Positions 1-13,693 of a stretch of 64,000 bases of DNA are shown here, one piece after another. Location of the stretch: assembly GCA_050575255.1 (NCBI GenBank), contig JBNZDD010013567.1, forward strand, positions 466,842 to 530,841, written 5' to 3'. Position numbers and translations under genes: made by a program. Under the pieces are notes generated by a model. It was not told the DNA's origin. It did not search any database and was given only the letters and a program-made list of their open reading frames with translations. Source of the stretch: Harriotta raleighana. Its lineage: Eukaryota. Numbering within the stretch: the first letter of the stretch is position 1; each line of letters starts with the position of its first letter.

Positions 1-1020
1 TAAAGATGGATTTTTTTCGCTCCACTATCGGGTCTGCACTTTGTGACTTCAGGGCAAATCAAGATTATACATGCGACGTAGAAGTCTGAACATGAAAAAA
101 AGGTTTGTAGCAACTCATTCTGTCTCAATTGCTATTTTTAAAATGTTGAATGGTAACAATAGTACACTTGATGGAAGGCAAAAACCTTCTAGCTTTTGTG
201 AAAGTATGATACTTTATTTTATCAAGCTTATAACAGTCTTCCAAAGTTGCTAAAAAATGTGAAGAGGGTTATCTAGATAGAGAGAAAAAAATCTCAAGTC
301 AAAGTAGTCCTTCATTCTCAAGAAAATATCAATTTGGTTTTGTCAGCAATACAACACTTAAGTAGCACCCTTCTTCACGCAGAGTAGCATCCTGGAGCAA
401 TATCTCAAGCATTTGCATAAACCTGAAGTTACTGTTAAGCATTCAAGAAAATACTGGCTTCCTGCTTAGTGTAGGCTGTTTGTTGTCTATATTGTTTCAA
501 GTGATTAAGAGGAGAATTTGCAATGGCTTCTAATGTATTCTGTTGGATTTTGATAGCTATGAATCATTGTTCAGAATTGAAATGAACAGAATCTTTGTAA
601 AGTAACCTCAGCGGTGGAAGCTTGGCTGCAAATGGCAGGATAGCATCTGGGTTGGTGAGCCAGCCTCAAAACCTCCAGACTCGGAGGACAGAGCAGACAG
701 AGGGAGAGATCTGACCTGTAAGATAGCATAACTGAGCTGCGGAGAGTGAGATCAAAGCTCGGAAAGTAAAAGGTTATTTAAAAATACTGAAGCGAGAAGA
801 TAGAAAAATAGCCCAAATTACTGAGCACAACATATTAAAAAGAGACATTACATGAACAAACATTACAAAGAGCGTGTGTAAATGGAACCTGCAGAGATGG
901 GCCTCCCCATGGCTTGCACAAGTCCAACAATTTCACTTTATAGTTAGAAAAGGATCCTGTTGTGATCATAAAATAGCAGTTAAAATCATTTTCAAAAATA
1001 TTGTACAGGAAGAGTAACAT

Positions 1021-1140
1021 TATATATACATATAATGTTATACTGTATATACATATATATATATACATATAATATATATATATAACATTACATACATATA
1101 TAATATTATATATAACATATATATATAACATATATACTTA
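1021..1140. repeat. (TA)n / (TACA)n AT-rich microsatellite
   Basis: Directly visible tatatatacatata... tract; it explains the low-complexity ORF 835..1131. Confidence 0.9.
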
Positions 1141-2777
1141 TAAAAACTATCCATATGAGACGTTTTAGTAGGGAAGCTTTCCACAACATTCCCCCTCGCT
1201 AACATTTATTTGATATACTGCCACGATTCCTTGCTCCCTCTCTCATAAAGAACTTGCATTAAATACACTCTTTAGTTTGCTTTTTATGGGGAGCTGAAAA
1301 TCTGATGGTACTGTATTTCATTTGGTCAAATGGTGCACTTTTATTAAAAAAGCCCTGAAATCTCACCATCTGTTTAATCTTTCTTAATTATTGATTCGAT
1401 TTTTAAGGCTTTACACTTTTAGTCTTAACAGAGTATAGTACTTAACTATATTCTGTCGCATGTGGAGAGTGGAGATGAAGGCTCTGCATGGTGCTGGTCC
1501 AATCGAACAGAAAAAAATAGAGCATGAGCTGAAGTCATGGTAAACAGTTTTTTAAACCAACTATAATTTATTTATCACCCATATTGATAACTAGCAGCTT
1601 CGAGAATCCGTTGTGCTGTGACTTAACTTTTCATGGTCAAACTGAGCATTCGGGAAATATAAGAGTGTTTTAACTTGGTTTCTATTAAATCCTTTTGTTT
1701 TCTTTTCTTGCAAAGCTAGCGGAGTTGTGGGTTTTCAGAAACGGGGAGACTGCTGAGGTTTTGCGAGGTGATATGTTGCTAGTGTATGCGGGATTTTCAT
1801 GCTGGGGATCAGATGAAAGTGCCACCGTTGCCTGTTATCTAAGTTGAGCTGTACCCAGTGGGTGAGCTTCACAGATTTGCCAGTCCACTGAAGTGTATAA
1901 ATAAAATAAATGTGAGATTGTATTTCTTTCTTCCTCCAATTAATAGAGTCAGGGTTTGAAGGGGGACGTGAGGGGAGAGTTTCCACATCTGATCCTTTGT
2001 AGTGACTTTTTTTTATCAGCAGATTATCCATTCCTCCCTAAATGACCTGGTCGAAAATAGCTTGGATTTTGAAGGTAAACGAATCGAATGGAATAACGTG
2101 AAGCTCAAGAGCTTTCAACTCACAACCCAAACCAGGCTTATGAAGAAACTGGGCTCACTCATTACAGGTGAAAAAAAAATTGCCTTAAAAAAGAATCTGT
2201 ATGTACACAGTATTAATTTAGCTGCATAAGGTAACACTCAGTCTGCAATGTTTCAAAAAGTATTGCGCTTCAGGCTGAGATGATGTCATGAATGTCAGGA
2301 ACAAAGCTTGAGTGCTTTATCAATGTCATCTCAAGTCTGAGATGTGTTACATACAGGAACATGATCTGTGCAATGTGATTTTCTTTTAGTGATTCCATGT
2401 TTAAAACCTTATTTTCTTTTTCCACTCTTGAGGCGTCAGGTCCATATTCAGCAGCAGTTGGCTTTTGGTTGTACAAAATGAGAATCCAAATTTATTTTAC
2501 CATACTTCCTGCATGTTATATTCTACAGCAGTAAAACTGCAATTGAGGTGAACTGCATTGTATCTTAGTACTGTACCTTACTTGGCTGCAGGTTCAGGGA
2601 CAGCTTGTCTTGTATTCCCAATTGATCCTTGAGGTTCTGTGAATATCCACAAATAACACTTGACAGCCTTTTCATTTGCTCCATATTGACTCCCAATAGT
2701 TGGGGTGATGGGGTGATATTGGTTTCTCAGCAGTCAAGGTGCACTTCGTAAATCAGCTGATAGAGCATGGATATAAG

Positions 2778-2838
2778 CAGACGTCTCAAAGTTCTGATAA
2801 GGCACTATATCAAATGCAAGGATGATTATTATTATTAA
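2778..2838 (+). mobile_element. SINE 3' tail fragment
   Basis: gataaggcactatatcaaatgcaaggatgattattattatt matches the tail of the full SINE copies in this window. Confidence 0.7.
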
Positions 2839-3540
2839 ACCGTTGGCTTGAAAGTGGTGAATGGAACTAAAATCATGGATATACAAACCAGCTCAAAGAG
2901 ATTTGGCCAGTTATTTTGAGGGCAAATATGAAAAGCAGTAGAGTAGTTAGACTGACATTTGCTTTTTGTATCAGAGTGTGAAATGTTCCTTAAAAGATGT
3001 CTGGGATTTTATTGGAAGTCTGATGTTTTCCAATAATTGCACGCACACTCTGACTGGGCAGGAGAACACAGCTGTAGAAGGAATGAAGTCAGATTTCTCA
3101 TGCATACAACATAATCCTGCTAAAGGACTGATTAAACAGACCCCCATCCTCACCGCTGCTCCATGCTAACCCTGTGTCAAACAACTGAAAACAACCTTTG
3201 GATGAACCCCGGCTCTTGAAGGAATGTTCCACTTTTTAATTACAGTAATTATGGAATGTACCTGATAAATTTGTGTGATTATTCTGTTGAAGCAACTGAA
3301 TTGTGTTCAGAAATGGAGGCAAGCGTTACTTGTTCTGCTTTGCAGATGGATTTTGGCGGGATGGATTTGATTGTATTTTCTGTCTCAAAATCAGTTCTGT
3401 TGTGGAGAAATCTGTTGTGTGAAAGTATTGAAAAACTGTAGTGAAAAGTTAGTGTCAACGAAAGGAAATTGAATTGTAGCACGTTAGCTGGTCAGTGTCT
3501 GGTACTATATTGCTGACCATGGAGTCAGTAATTGGATAAT

Positions 3541-3617
3541 TATTTATTTTATTTATTTATTGTATTTATATAGCGCCTTTCACGTCAGGAGGACGTCCCA
3601 AGGCGCTGCACAGTCAA
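3541..3617 (-). mobile_element. L2 LINE 3' tail (stem-loop)
   Basis: Reverse complement reads cagcgccttgggacgtcctcctgacgtgaaaggcgctatataaat, the same tail family as the L2 at 32.2 kb. Confidence 0.8.
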
Positions 3618-4049
3618 GTTAATGATGAATGTTCCAATAGATACTGTCACTAATGTTACTATTGTATTTACTTAATACAATTCTCATTATACCCAATGTA
3701 ATCTTAGGTTGCTCCTTTTTTTGATGTGGGTGGGGGTAGGGAGGGTGTCACAGTTTTTTTTATATATTCACCAATGCATATACGCTACAGAACCAATTCA
3801 TGCCATATAATTCATATTACAGTTCTGTGCATTCCTGCGCACTGTAATACTACAGTAAATGCAAGTTATATTTTGTGAAAATACTGTGCAACTAGAGTTA
3901 TAAACTTTATCTCTATCTATCGTGTTTCAAATGATTTATTCTTCCACCAGTATCCCAATGTAGGTCAGTTTATTATATATACAGTTGTGAAGACCCATCC
4001 TCTCTGTTGCTTGTGTACAACAAGCATTGTGTTCTCAAGGCATCTCTGC

Positions 4050-4117
4050 TATTCAGTGCCTTTGGACGTCCTCCTGTCGTGAAAGACGCGATACAAATGT
4101 GATTTGTTGATGTTGTT
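4050..4117 (+). mobile_element. L2 LINE 3' tail
   Basis: cagtgcctttggacgtcctcctgtcgtgaaagacgcgatacaaatgtgatttgttgatgttg. Confidence 0.75.
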
Positions 4118-4539
4118 TCACCTCTCTTCAGCCATGTTTCTGTTCTTACTCTTACTCACAGCCTGTGCCGAAATTCAGCATCAGTCTTTTAACTTAACTG
4201 ATGGTAATTAAACTTGTCATCCAGTTAATTTTAACATTGGGTAATAAAGGTAGATCTCTGAACAATAACTCTTGAGTAGCTACTGGGAAGTAATGTGCCT
4301 CGTGCTGTCTCACACAAACTCTGCCCCAAGTAGATTTCAGCAAAGTTTTTGTGGTCTTACAGTGAACCTCATTGTCTATAGGTCTTAGAAGGGACAGTTT
4401 CCAAATTATAATTCAATTCAAGAATTTTCCCCATTTTGTGCATGATTATAACTTTTAAGACAAAATAGCCTTACAGGCTGAGACTAAGTAAAGTGTCAGG
4501 CTTGATTTCTGGAAGGGGAACCCAATTGCAGCTTGAAAT

Positions 4540-4597
4540 CCAACAATAACAAATTGCATTTATATAGCGCCTTTCATGTTAGAAGGATATCCTGAAC
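4540..4597 (-). mobile_element. L2 LINE 3' tail
   Basis: caacaataacaaattgcatttatatagcgcctttcatg... is the reverse complement of the L2 tail. Confidence 0.7.
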
Positions 4598-7500
4598 CTT
4601 CTACAAATCACTGCAACTTAAGACCCAATTGTAGTTTTGTTGGGTGTTCCTTGGTTAGGTTGGTGATAAGATTGTGCTGTATACACTCAAAAGGGTCGCT
4701 GGTCTGAAAATTTAAATTAGCATGAAGTGATTTAAAATGTTTTTTGATTCGGGGCTAGACATGCCTCAAACTTTAAAATATGGTCTGTATTCACTGGATA
4801 TTCAGGATGTTGCTTCTGGGCAGAGACTAAAGATTCTTCTCTTGTGCAGCATTAATACCAGAGCAACATCACTTCCAGCTGTATATGTTTTGAGGCAGCA
4901 TGGTGGATTTATATCCTTCGCCTTCCAATCACGATCTCTATGTTGCCGAAGGAGAATTCTGAAAAATCATCCTTGCGTTTGATCGAGCATCTCGCACATT
5001 GAGAAAATGTCTCAAAGCTTTTCATAGCTGAGGCAAATCAATTTGTCTATAGGTCACAGAGTTTCTCTCACAATATTAGTCTCACCAAAGAGCCAGGCGC
5101 CACAATAACATTTGGTACATCTGCTTTGAAACATTCATTGAATCATTTGTGAATGGAAGCAAAATGATTCTCTCCCCCTCTTCCCTCAACCAGCCCCAGT
5201 CTGTGATTTTATGTGCGTTCATGTGTGTGTAGTTAGTTGCCTTTTTTATATTATAGTGTTGTATGCCATTCAACCAAATAACTGCAACATTTTGTTTTTA
5301 CGAGCAGATATTTCCATTATTTGCCTTGTAAACAAACACCAAGCAGAAATCCAGCCAAGCTTTTAATTCCAGTTGTTTTAAGGACCCCCATGATCTAATT
5401 TGAAGTTGCACTTGTGACTCCTCATAAACAACTAAAGAATTTGGATAGGAATTGGATTTGAATCACTATTTGGGGAAAATTCTACGATGACTAGATAATC
5501 TGCCGTTTCTGTACCATATGCCATTGAATTTTTGAACCCATAAAAACCAGACTTCATCACCCGAAAAGTCACAGACCAGATGGGAGTTGGTGCTCAGAAA
5601 AAGTGTTGTGCAATTTCCCAACTGAAGTAGGTAGATTTGATTCCTTTTGTCATCTGGAAATTTACCAGGAGTCTCCCCACTTTCCGAGCTTCAAATTGGG
5701 CTCCCAAAGCAGCTTAGCCACTATGATTTATTCTTCCAAGTGGTTCAACAACATAGCAGATTGGGTTGGCATGAATGAGTCACACATACACACAGGCTAT
5801 CATTGCCAGGCACAACGGGAGCGCATAGGCAGAAATCAGTAGAGAAGAAATTTGGGAGGCCCACTGACAGCTCCCACCTTAAACCTGGCAACTGACTGAT
5901 TTTATTTAGTACACTGTGCTTTACAAAAAGATAGTTGAAGAACATTTGTGCATGGAGCTCGAGTTGATATTTAAATATTGAGCTTGGACCATGAGATTAC
6001 ATTTGAATGTTTTACTTGGACTGTGCAGTTTATACAGTGGGAGTGAATGGGACATGGTTTGGTACCGTTGGAATTCTGTGCTGGAGTTGAATGCTGCCTG
6101 GAGCAGGTATGCATTTATCTGGAATTAACATTCCAACAATGTTAGCATTGTGGATTTGGACTTCTTTTTGACTACGTTTGTTAAGACGATCGAAAGTGTT
6201 ACGCCTTTAAATCCTTAATCGCTGCTTCTGAATACTTATTGCTTACTGAAGCCATTTGATATTAAGCCAAGGAATGATGGTAGGTGAATACCATTCATTG
6301 CTGAATTTTCTAGCAGCTCATTCAGTCTCATAACATAAAATACAGGCTTTGATTCAGAAGTATAAACATTCCAACAGTGCCTAGGAGTCAAGGTCTTACC
6401 AGAACACTGCTGACAATCAGAATAGACTTTGAACTAAGATCAATGTAATGTGTATATCCATCCTCTCTGGGACAGAAAATTAGCAGCAATGCCACCAAAT
6501 TATTTTAAATGGTTGGTAATTAGAGTCAATTTTTAAAAATTTAATTGAACAGTGTCAGCTCAATCACTCAGGTTTTGGCTTCAAAGCAGAGCGATTGCAC
6601 AGACCTGCTGAACTTCACATTCAGACTCTTAGAGAAGGTCTTAAAATCTTAGATTTTTTATATTTATGAGCGTTGTGAAATGCTGATTAAATATTGTGCC
6701 CTCATTAATCTAATTTTTCAGTGTTGTAAAATATTTTATCAAGAAAGAACAAACTTGAACTTGTATTTTTAAAATCACATTATCATGCTCGAAACACTTC
6801 TCATGTAAGTTAGTGTTCAGTGTAATGACTATATTTTAGGTAAAGTTGGGATCTTTGATTCCAACCCCTGATTGGGTGCAAACCCTGAACAGCCCAGAGC
6901 CTTGGGATGTCTTTCCAAAGTGAAAAGAGCTATATAAATGTAATTTTGTTGTGAATGAACCATTTGCATTAGTATGATCTCATAGAGAACAATAAGGCAA
7001 ATGACCAATTACTGTAATCTTAATGGCTATTGTTCAGGAGTAGTTTCCTCCAGTATGGATTCAATGAGAATGAAAAAATACATGAATGTTGGAACATTTG
7101 TCATTTCTATGATTCAAGGAGAAACAAATGTAGTTTCAAAAGAAAAATATAGGAGATGGTGATTTAATAACTTATAATATTCTGGGAAAGGGCTTTGAGA
7201 CATCTGAGTGACGTGATAAGGCGCAAGGATTATTATTTTTATTCTTATTAATATGAAGGGTGGATAGTTAGAATCTAACTACATATGGACTCCAAATAAG
7301 CACAAAGTTTATAATTTTCTTTAGCCAATGAGGCTAAGCACACATTGAGTTATTTAAACATGATCTGAGTAGGCCTAAGATTTTGGGTCTTCACAGAATG
7401 CTACTGTTCTGGTGCATTTGTGTTAGAAAATGGAATCCGCCTCATTGATTGCTGTAGAGGAGAGGTTTTATTCTTATCTGAACCTGAATCCACCCTTCCG

Positions 7501-7903
7501 AGAACAATGCCAGAGAAGGTCAAGACTCCCCTGTGAGGTCAGTACTGTTTCACACACAGACTAAGGATTTCAGATTATCTTCAGCGATGAAGAAAACTCT
7601 GGTCACATTAACTTTGGTCGCATAGCCTGATGCATGAGAGAATTACTACATTGGCCGGATCCAACTATTTGCATCTTACTTTCATTAACACATCTCTGAT
7701 ACCTGGATGCCCTTTCAATGCCATAGTTTGTTTAATCTGATGGAAAATCTGTTTATATTTAACAAATCTCTAACATGTACTGTACTGCGTTCTCTTTTAC
7801 ACTGAAAATTGATAGGTTAAAGACTGTTTTAATCATAGGAGGAAGGTTACCTCTTTGGAAGCAAAGAAAAACAGATTCCAAAACACCGTCCAATGTTGCA
7901 GTT

Positions 7904-8440
7904 AAACAACAACCACTTGCACTTGTAGCACCCTTCACACAGTCTAGCATCTCAGAGCACTTAACAGAGGCAGAGCCTGACTCCGAGCCTGGGGGTGGGG
8001 GGAGCAGGTTTTGGGGGTGTTGGGGAGTTGACTGTAAGCATGAAAATGTGGTTTTACAGGCGGGGCTTGAAAAGCGCGAGAGGGGGTTGGCTGAAAGCGT
8101 GACCTTCGATGGTGGGGCGGAGAGAGCGAGGGACGAGCAAGATGCCAGTGCCACTCAAACCGAAGATTGTGAATTGGGAGTGAAGAGGTCAGAGAAGTAG
8201 GGAGGTGCCAGGAAGTTTAATGGGAATTGAACTTGAGTGTGAATGGACTTCAACCTTGAAGTCGAGCTATAATGTGCACATGTTGATGGTGATGAGCGGT
8301 ACCCAGAAGTTGTTGGTGGGGTGGGGGGGAGCAAGGCATCTGAACTGGACCATTCTTGAACACGTCTTAACAGCTGGTTGAGGAGTGGAGTTGAAACTGC
8401 CTTAGTTTGGTTCATTGCCTCGGGAGATCAAGATGAAGGG
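7904..8440 (-). mobile_element. 5'-truncated decayed L2 LINE (ORF2 C-terminus + 3' UTR)
   Basis: Minus-strand frameshifted peptides LDFKV, FLAPPYFSDLFTP and GILLVPRSLRPTIEGHAFS match the L2 ORF2 C-terminus (IDFK..LAPPYLSDLL..GLL.VPR...TIGGRAFS); a (GTT)n tail lies at ~7904-7914. Confidence 0.8.
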
Positions 8441-11400
8441 AGGAAGAAAACAAGTTTGGGAAAAGTACATGCAAACAGCCACAAAAATTTAAATCTATAT
8501 AAGACTGCAGCTGCTGGCCCGATGACCAGGGATTTCACATCTGCAGCAGGAAATTTCCTAAAATGAGAACTTTAGTCGTTGAAAGTCAAATGAAGGAAAT
8601 GGATTTAAAGATTTGAAGGGCATTTCGGTCATGAACTAGAGCTTGGAATATTATTAGTTCTGGATTCTTCTTTGTGAAAGCTCTTAAAATCTGTAAAAAT
8701 TCAAGAAAATAAACTTCAAAAGTAAATTGGTTTGGGAACTGGGTGATCCAAGGATTCTTCATTGTTCCCTCATCCCTAGGACTCAGTTATAATTATCAGA
8801 GATGTCATCAAAACTTGCTCTCTGTAAAAGACTTAACAAAAATAATATAGTGACGTTCAAACGTCATTTTTGGGTAGTGATCGGGTAAAACTGCAGTATC
8901 ATCAAATATAGTTTTAATAGCTCCTCTTAATGGCTCCTCCTCTCCACTTTCTATAGCTTTATCTTTCATAATCCTTTTCACTTCAAATAAAATCTGCAGG
9001 TTACAAACTGTAACCCAATTGGAGTCCGCAAGCTATAAGCTGAACCGGTTGACATTCCTAACCCTTCTTGTATTTGCTTTTTTAAAGTGTCACATTATCA
9101 TTTTCTTTGCACACCTAAATTGTGTTTTGAGAATGTCACTATCATTTTCATTGTGAACCCTCGAATGTCACTGTTCTCCTTGAGCTGCCAAAACCAAGTA
9201 AAACGTGCCTAAATGATGCATGTCACTTTCACATTATCTGGTCATTCTCACTGTTGCAAAGAAATTCAGATCATTGTATATTCTGCTTCCTCCCACCCTC
9301 CAACCAGCCATCCCTTGCTTTTCATATTGTCTTGAAAATGGGGGACATCCAGAGACTTGATTTTTCATTATCTATGCAGTGAGGATCTATCTTTTTAAAT
9401 ATTACTGCCAAGCGGGAACATTGATCAATGAACACTGGGGGAACATTGCTACTGCAATTAACAAAGGGGAAGGATGAATGGAAAAGCACTCCACTCCCCA
9501 ATGCATTTGCCAATAGGATGGTGGGTTTAGTCTAAAATTAAAACAGTGATGACAGTATTTAAATTTATTGGACGTTTGACAATTGTTCGTATGAGGGACT
9601 GTGGAAGGACTGTTTTGACTACTTTGTAAACAGTATTTCATTTCTACAGAAGGCCCTTTCAAACACGGTCAATTTCTGAACAGATAATGCTGTTAGTATC
9701 TGTTGCTCGGATTCTTTGGACTTTCAGGACCGTGCCAAGTTCTGAGCCATAGCTATGGATTGTTTGTAGCTGTCCTTTCAGAAAGGGAAACAGGGACAAT
9801 GCGACAGATTAATGGACTGTTTATTTCAGATCCACTTGGCTTATTAAACAATGTGTTGATTTTCTTGGCTTGTATATTTTGTGGCCGATATCAGACTTTC
9901 GTCAGATCGTATTTTCTTTACAGCTGTGTAAATAATAATATGACAGGAAAGTATAATTTATTGAGAGTAAGACAGAAATATGGCAGAGGAAAATCGCTGG
10001 ATCTGTCTGGGAGACTGTGAAGGCATTAAATGTTACTTTCTACAGCTGACTCAGCTGTGTGTTCAGAGAATTTAAATACAGTAACTCCATCGGTAGGTCA
10101 GGATAAAACAGGTCAGCGAAACGATAAATGGATTCTAATAAAAGAACAAGGGGAGGTCCCTATATACACAAATTGCTGGTCTATTTTAGTGAGAGGTTGC
10201 TGTCATCTGCTGAAGTGCGATTTCCACTGCCTTTCCAAAATTCCCCAGCCTTTATTGCGGTGAGTTCAGTGAATCATTTTACATACAATATTCATTGTGA
10301 AATGATCAATTAGTTGAGCTCTGCTATACACCATTTCTATTAAACACAAGCTAGCAATTTTAAAATGCTGTTTTAAAAGGAATGGTCTGTCCGGTAATGA
10401 CTGTTAGCATTGTCAGCTTTTCTACATGCTTTGATGTTAATGTGAAGAGATGATGGGCTGTGATATATGAGGAACTGCTCCCATTACGTAAGATTCCAGT
10501 TGCTCTACTTCTGGCCTGCATTTGAGTACTGTGCTATTTCAGACTGCAGAGCAGATAAGGAGGACTTGTATTGCTCACGCAAAAGTGAATCAAACCTCGT
10601 TGAATGTCCAGCAAACTCCTTAGATGCTGTATAAAGACAAACCTGATTTACATAAGTGGGTAGATCCCACAGTCAAATATTTCTTCTCCAAATAGAATAC
10701 CATTACTGGAGCAATGTGCCCATGTACAGCTCTGTTGACGTTTATTTATCTCAATTTATCAAGAAAAGAGGCAATTTTTCTAAAACATTTGCATGTGAAT
10801 GAAACATTGATAGTTTGGGAACTATCACTTTGTTGGAGGTTAGGATCCTAGCAAGATGATTTAAGGTGAGCTGATTCACAAAAGGAAAGTAATTCAAGCT
10901 TACTGTGCTACTGATCATCTTCAGAGCGTTCACTGAATAGGGGAATTATTTCACTTCTCATAGCAGCATTCTTCACCCTATCAGGAGGGAAAACTATGAA
11001 AGCGAGCTGAAGAAAGCATATTGGATCCTGAGAGCTGTGCAGGATACGGAAGTAATTGAACTTCCTTGTATTGCCTGTGGTTGTATGCCCATTAAGCTGC
11101 TAATGATCATCCATCCTATTAGATGTGCCTTTTGAGAGAAGTGAAGCGTACTTGAAGCAGCATGCCGTCTAAACACATCCACAGGACAAGAGTCCGTGCA
11201 TGAAGATCTGGCAGTTCCTCAGCAATGGATCGGCTTCCGGTAATTAAATGTAACAGCATTGCAGTATCTTGGGTTTATGTACGCCCATTTAACCTATTTG
11301 CAATAATATACTGTAATAATACAATCCAATGCTGGTGTGTGACAGTCACACAAAATGCAGAGGTTGAGCACTGTCACTCTACTGAAGTATAAATAAATAG

Positions 11401-13337
11401 TGCAAGGCCGAGCCAATGTCAATAATGGTACTTAGTAATTATAAATAAAAATGACTTTGCGATGCTGCCTGACCTAGCTTGCTCCAGTCATTTCCTTAAC
11501 CGAAGAGGTGCTCGTGTTCTTCTTACATCTTGCTTTTTAATTAGAATGTGCTATTTTTAATTGTGCCCGGGTTAATAACATGAATTTGTTTCCAATTACC
11601 TCAACTCTCTTTAAACAACACTCACTTTCCTGAAATAGCTTCAACACCATTGAACGCTCCGTCTCCCAAATATAATTTCGGAGTTTTTTTTTTTTGTGGG
11701 TGGGTGGGTGGGTGGGGGGAAGGAGGAAGCAGAGTGGGATGTGAGTCTTTGACCAGAAACCTGCTCTCAATGTTCGGAGATAAAGAAAATGAATGGTGGC
11801 TGATGTCAAATTCACCCTTAACTTTATGCTTGGCAGAAATGAAGATTTGCTGGAGTGAGTAAGTAGAGTTCTTCTGGAAAACATAGGTAATATTTCTGCA
11901 GGTATTCTAAAGCTATTTGAGATGTCTTAACAACATAATTAGGCACTATATCAAATACAAGGATTATTATTATTGAACAGTTCCATGTTTCTAGCACATT
12001 AGGTTGATTCAGTGTTTAATAAAGTTGTGTAGTTCTCAGTAACTGTAATGTACTTTGTTCGTTTGCTGAAAGTCAAGTGTGTTTCCAGCTGCCAGAGCAG
12101 AAAAAAACAGTGTTTGACGGCAGGAGAAGCTGGGCTCCTGCTGGAGGAGAGGGTATGGGAGGGTTTAGAGATGCCAATCCAGCAATCATCTGTTCAATTT
12201 CTGGAGAGAACAAACGGCTTGCATGTTGCGCACATTATACATTTTCAGCAGAACAAAGGACTGTCAACGCCTTTGCCAATCTTTGTACTCGGCAGGAGAT
12301 GGAAGCTTTTCATTTTTTTTTAAAAAATGCATTGTAAAATTGTGCAATATCCTTAATTAAAATCAGATATTTCGCATTACGGCATTTTTTTAAAAAAAAA
12401 GATTTTTTAACAAACAGTCCTGAGTGTGAATGACATTGTCACAACTTCACCTTAATGGTCCTCAATGTACATTCCACTAAATGCTTCAAACTATGAACTT
12501 ATTCTCCCAGTATTAAATCCAATACTGTATCTGTAATGGCATATTATTTGACATTTCCTTGAACCAATCAATACACTATCATTAATCATCAATATGCTAT
12601 GGGAATTGTCAAAACAACCTGTCACTGTATTTGGTCGTTCTGCTCCTCAGCATTAAAGACAAGTCTTTAATTATAAATAAAATCTTAAGAAAACTCAATC
12701 TTAATAAACTGCGCTTAAGTGCTGCATGCTGGGGAGTGGTTATGGAAGCATGTTTCTTGATTGTTTTGTAAACGGAAACATTAAATTTTATTTGCTTTGG
12801 TATGGTTTCACTTAGTCTCCCCCAATCACCGTTTTATACTTTTGATTGTTCCCTCCTGGGTTGTTAGACAAAGCTAAGTCTTGCTTTTGTCTATTCTTCC
12901 GTTCAGTAGTGTACTGGTGGTGTCTCTAATGCTCACACTGAGCTTTGTGGACTTGGATATCCTTTGCTGACCATAACACGTTGCTGTACCAATAATTATT
13001 TGTGATGTGAATATCATTACTGAGGTTATGATTCATAGTCGTCATTTCAAACTGACCATTTACTGTTTAGCACTGGGCACCTATTGTGGTCATTGAGCTG
13101 CTCTTGTTTTTTATAGTATACAGACTGAGCAATTAGCTAAATTGAACACAAATATATTATATAGTGGGCAGCTCTGATGGTGAAGTGAGTGAGCAACAGC
13201 CACATAGACCAGCATGGAAGGATCTGTTCAGTCCATTGCCTGTTGCTGCTCCCTGTATCCATTTATACACTTTTTACCACATCTGCTTATCACTGCTCAG
13301 ATTATCCAACTCACTTTCAATGCTTTATTGCTTCAAT

Positions 13338-13693
13338 GGTGTCCTGTAACTGAGTGGTTGGAGCACTTGCCAGGCAGGTTAGAAACCTGGGTTCAATTCC
13401 CGACAGGGCAAAATATTGGGCAAGTTTCCTTACTCCACACACCTCTGTTTACCTAGCAGTAAGTAAGAACCCGGTTGATAATTGATTGGCGTATTGTTTT
13501 TCCAGGGATAATAATTCCTTTAAAAAAAATTGGTTACTCAATCACAACTATTTGTCTGACACTGTGGAACGTAATTGGCTGCCGCGTTTTGTCCACAAAA
13601 TGTACAGTCAAATCATTTTATTTATTCTGTGAAGCACTTTGAGACATCTCAAAGATGTGATAAGGTGCTATATCAACTGCAAAGATTATTATT
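13338..13693 (+). mobile_element. tRNA-derived Deu-domain SINE, long variant
   Basis: A box-like taactgagtgg, B box ggttcaattcc, Deu-like core aattggctgccgcgttt and an L2-like tail with (ATT)n. It carries ~60-70 bp absent from the other copies. Confidence 0.85.

Noticed and set aside
600-800. Purine-rich segment possibly an old minus-strand L2 (similar at 58280-58470)
   Set aside because: The composition is suggestive, but no diagnostic peptide motif could be read.
835-1131. 98 aa Tyr/Ile-rich ORF
   Set aside because: It is a translation of a (TA)n microsatellite.
7759-8566. Overlapping 131-141 aa ORFs
   Set aside because: They lie in a GC-richer L2 remnant, where stop-poor frames are expected.
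11698-11720. G-quadruplex-capable tracts (also 14822-14848, 44195-44219 on the minus strand, 47789-47817, 58872-58897)
   Set aside because: These are simple G/C runs, two of them inside TEs, with no promoter or CpG-island context to support function.
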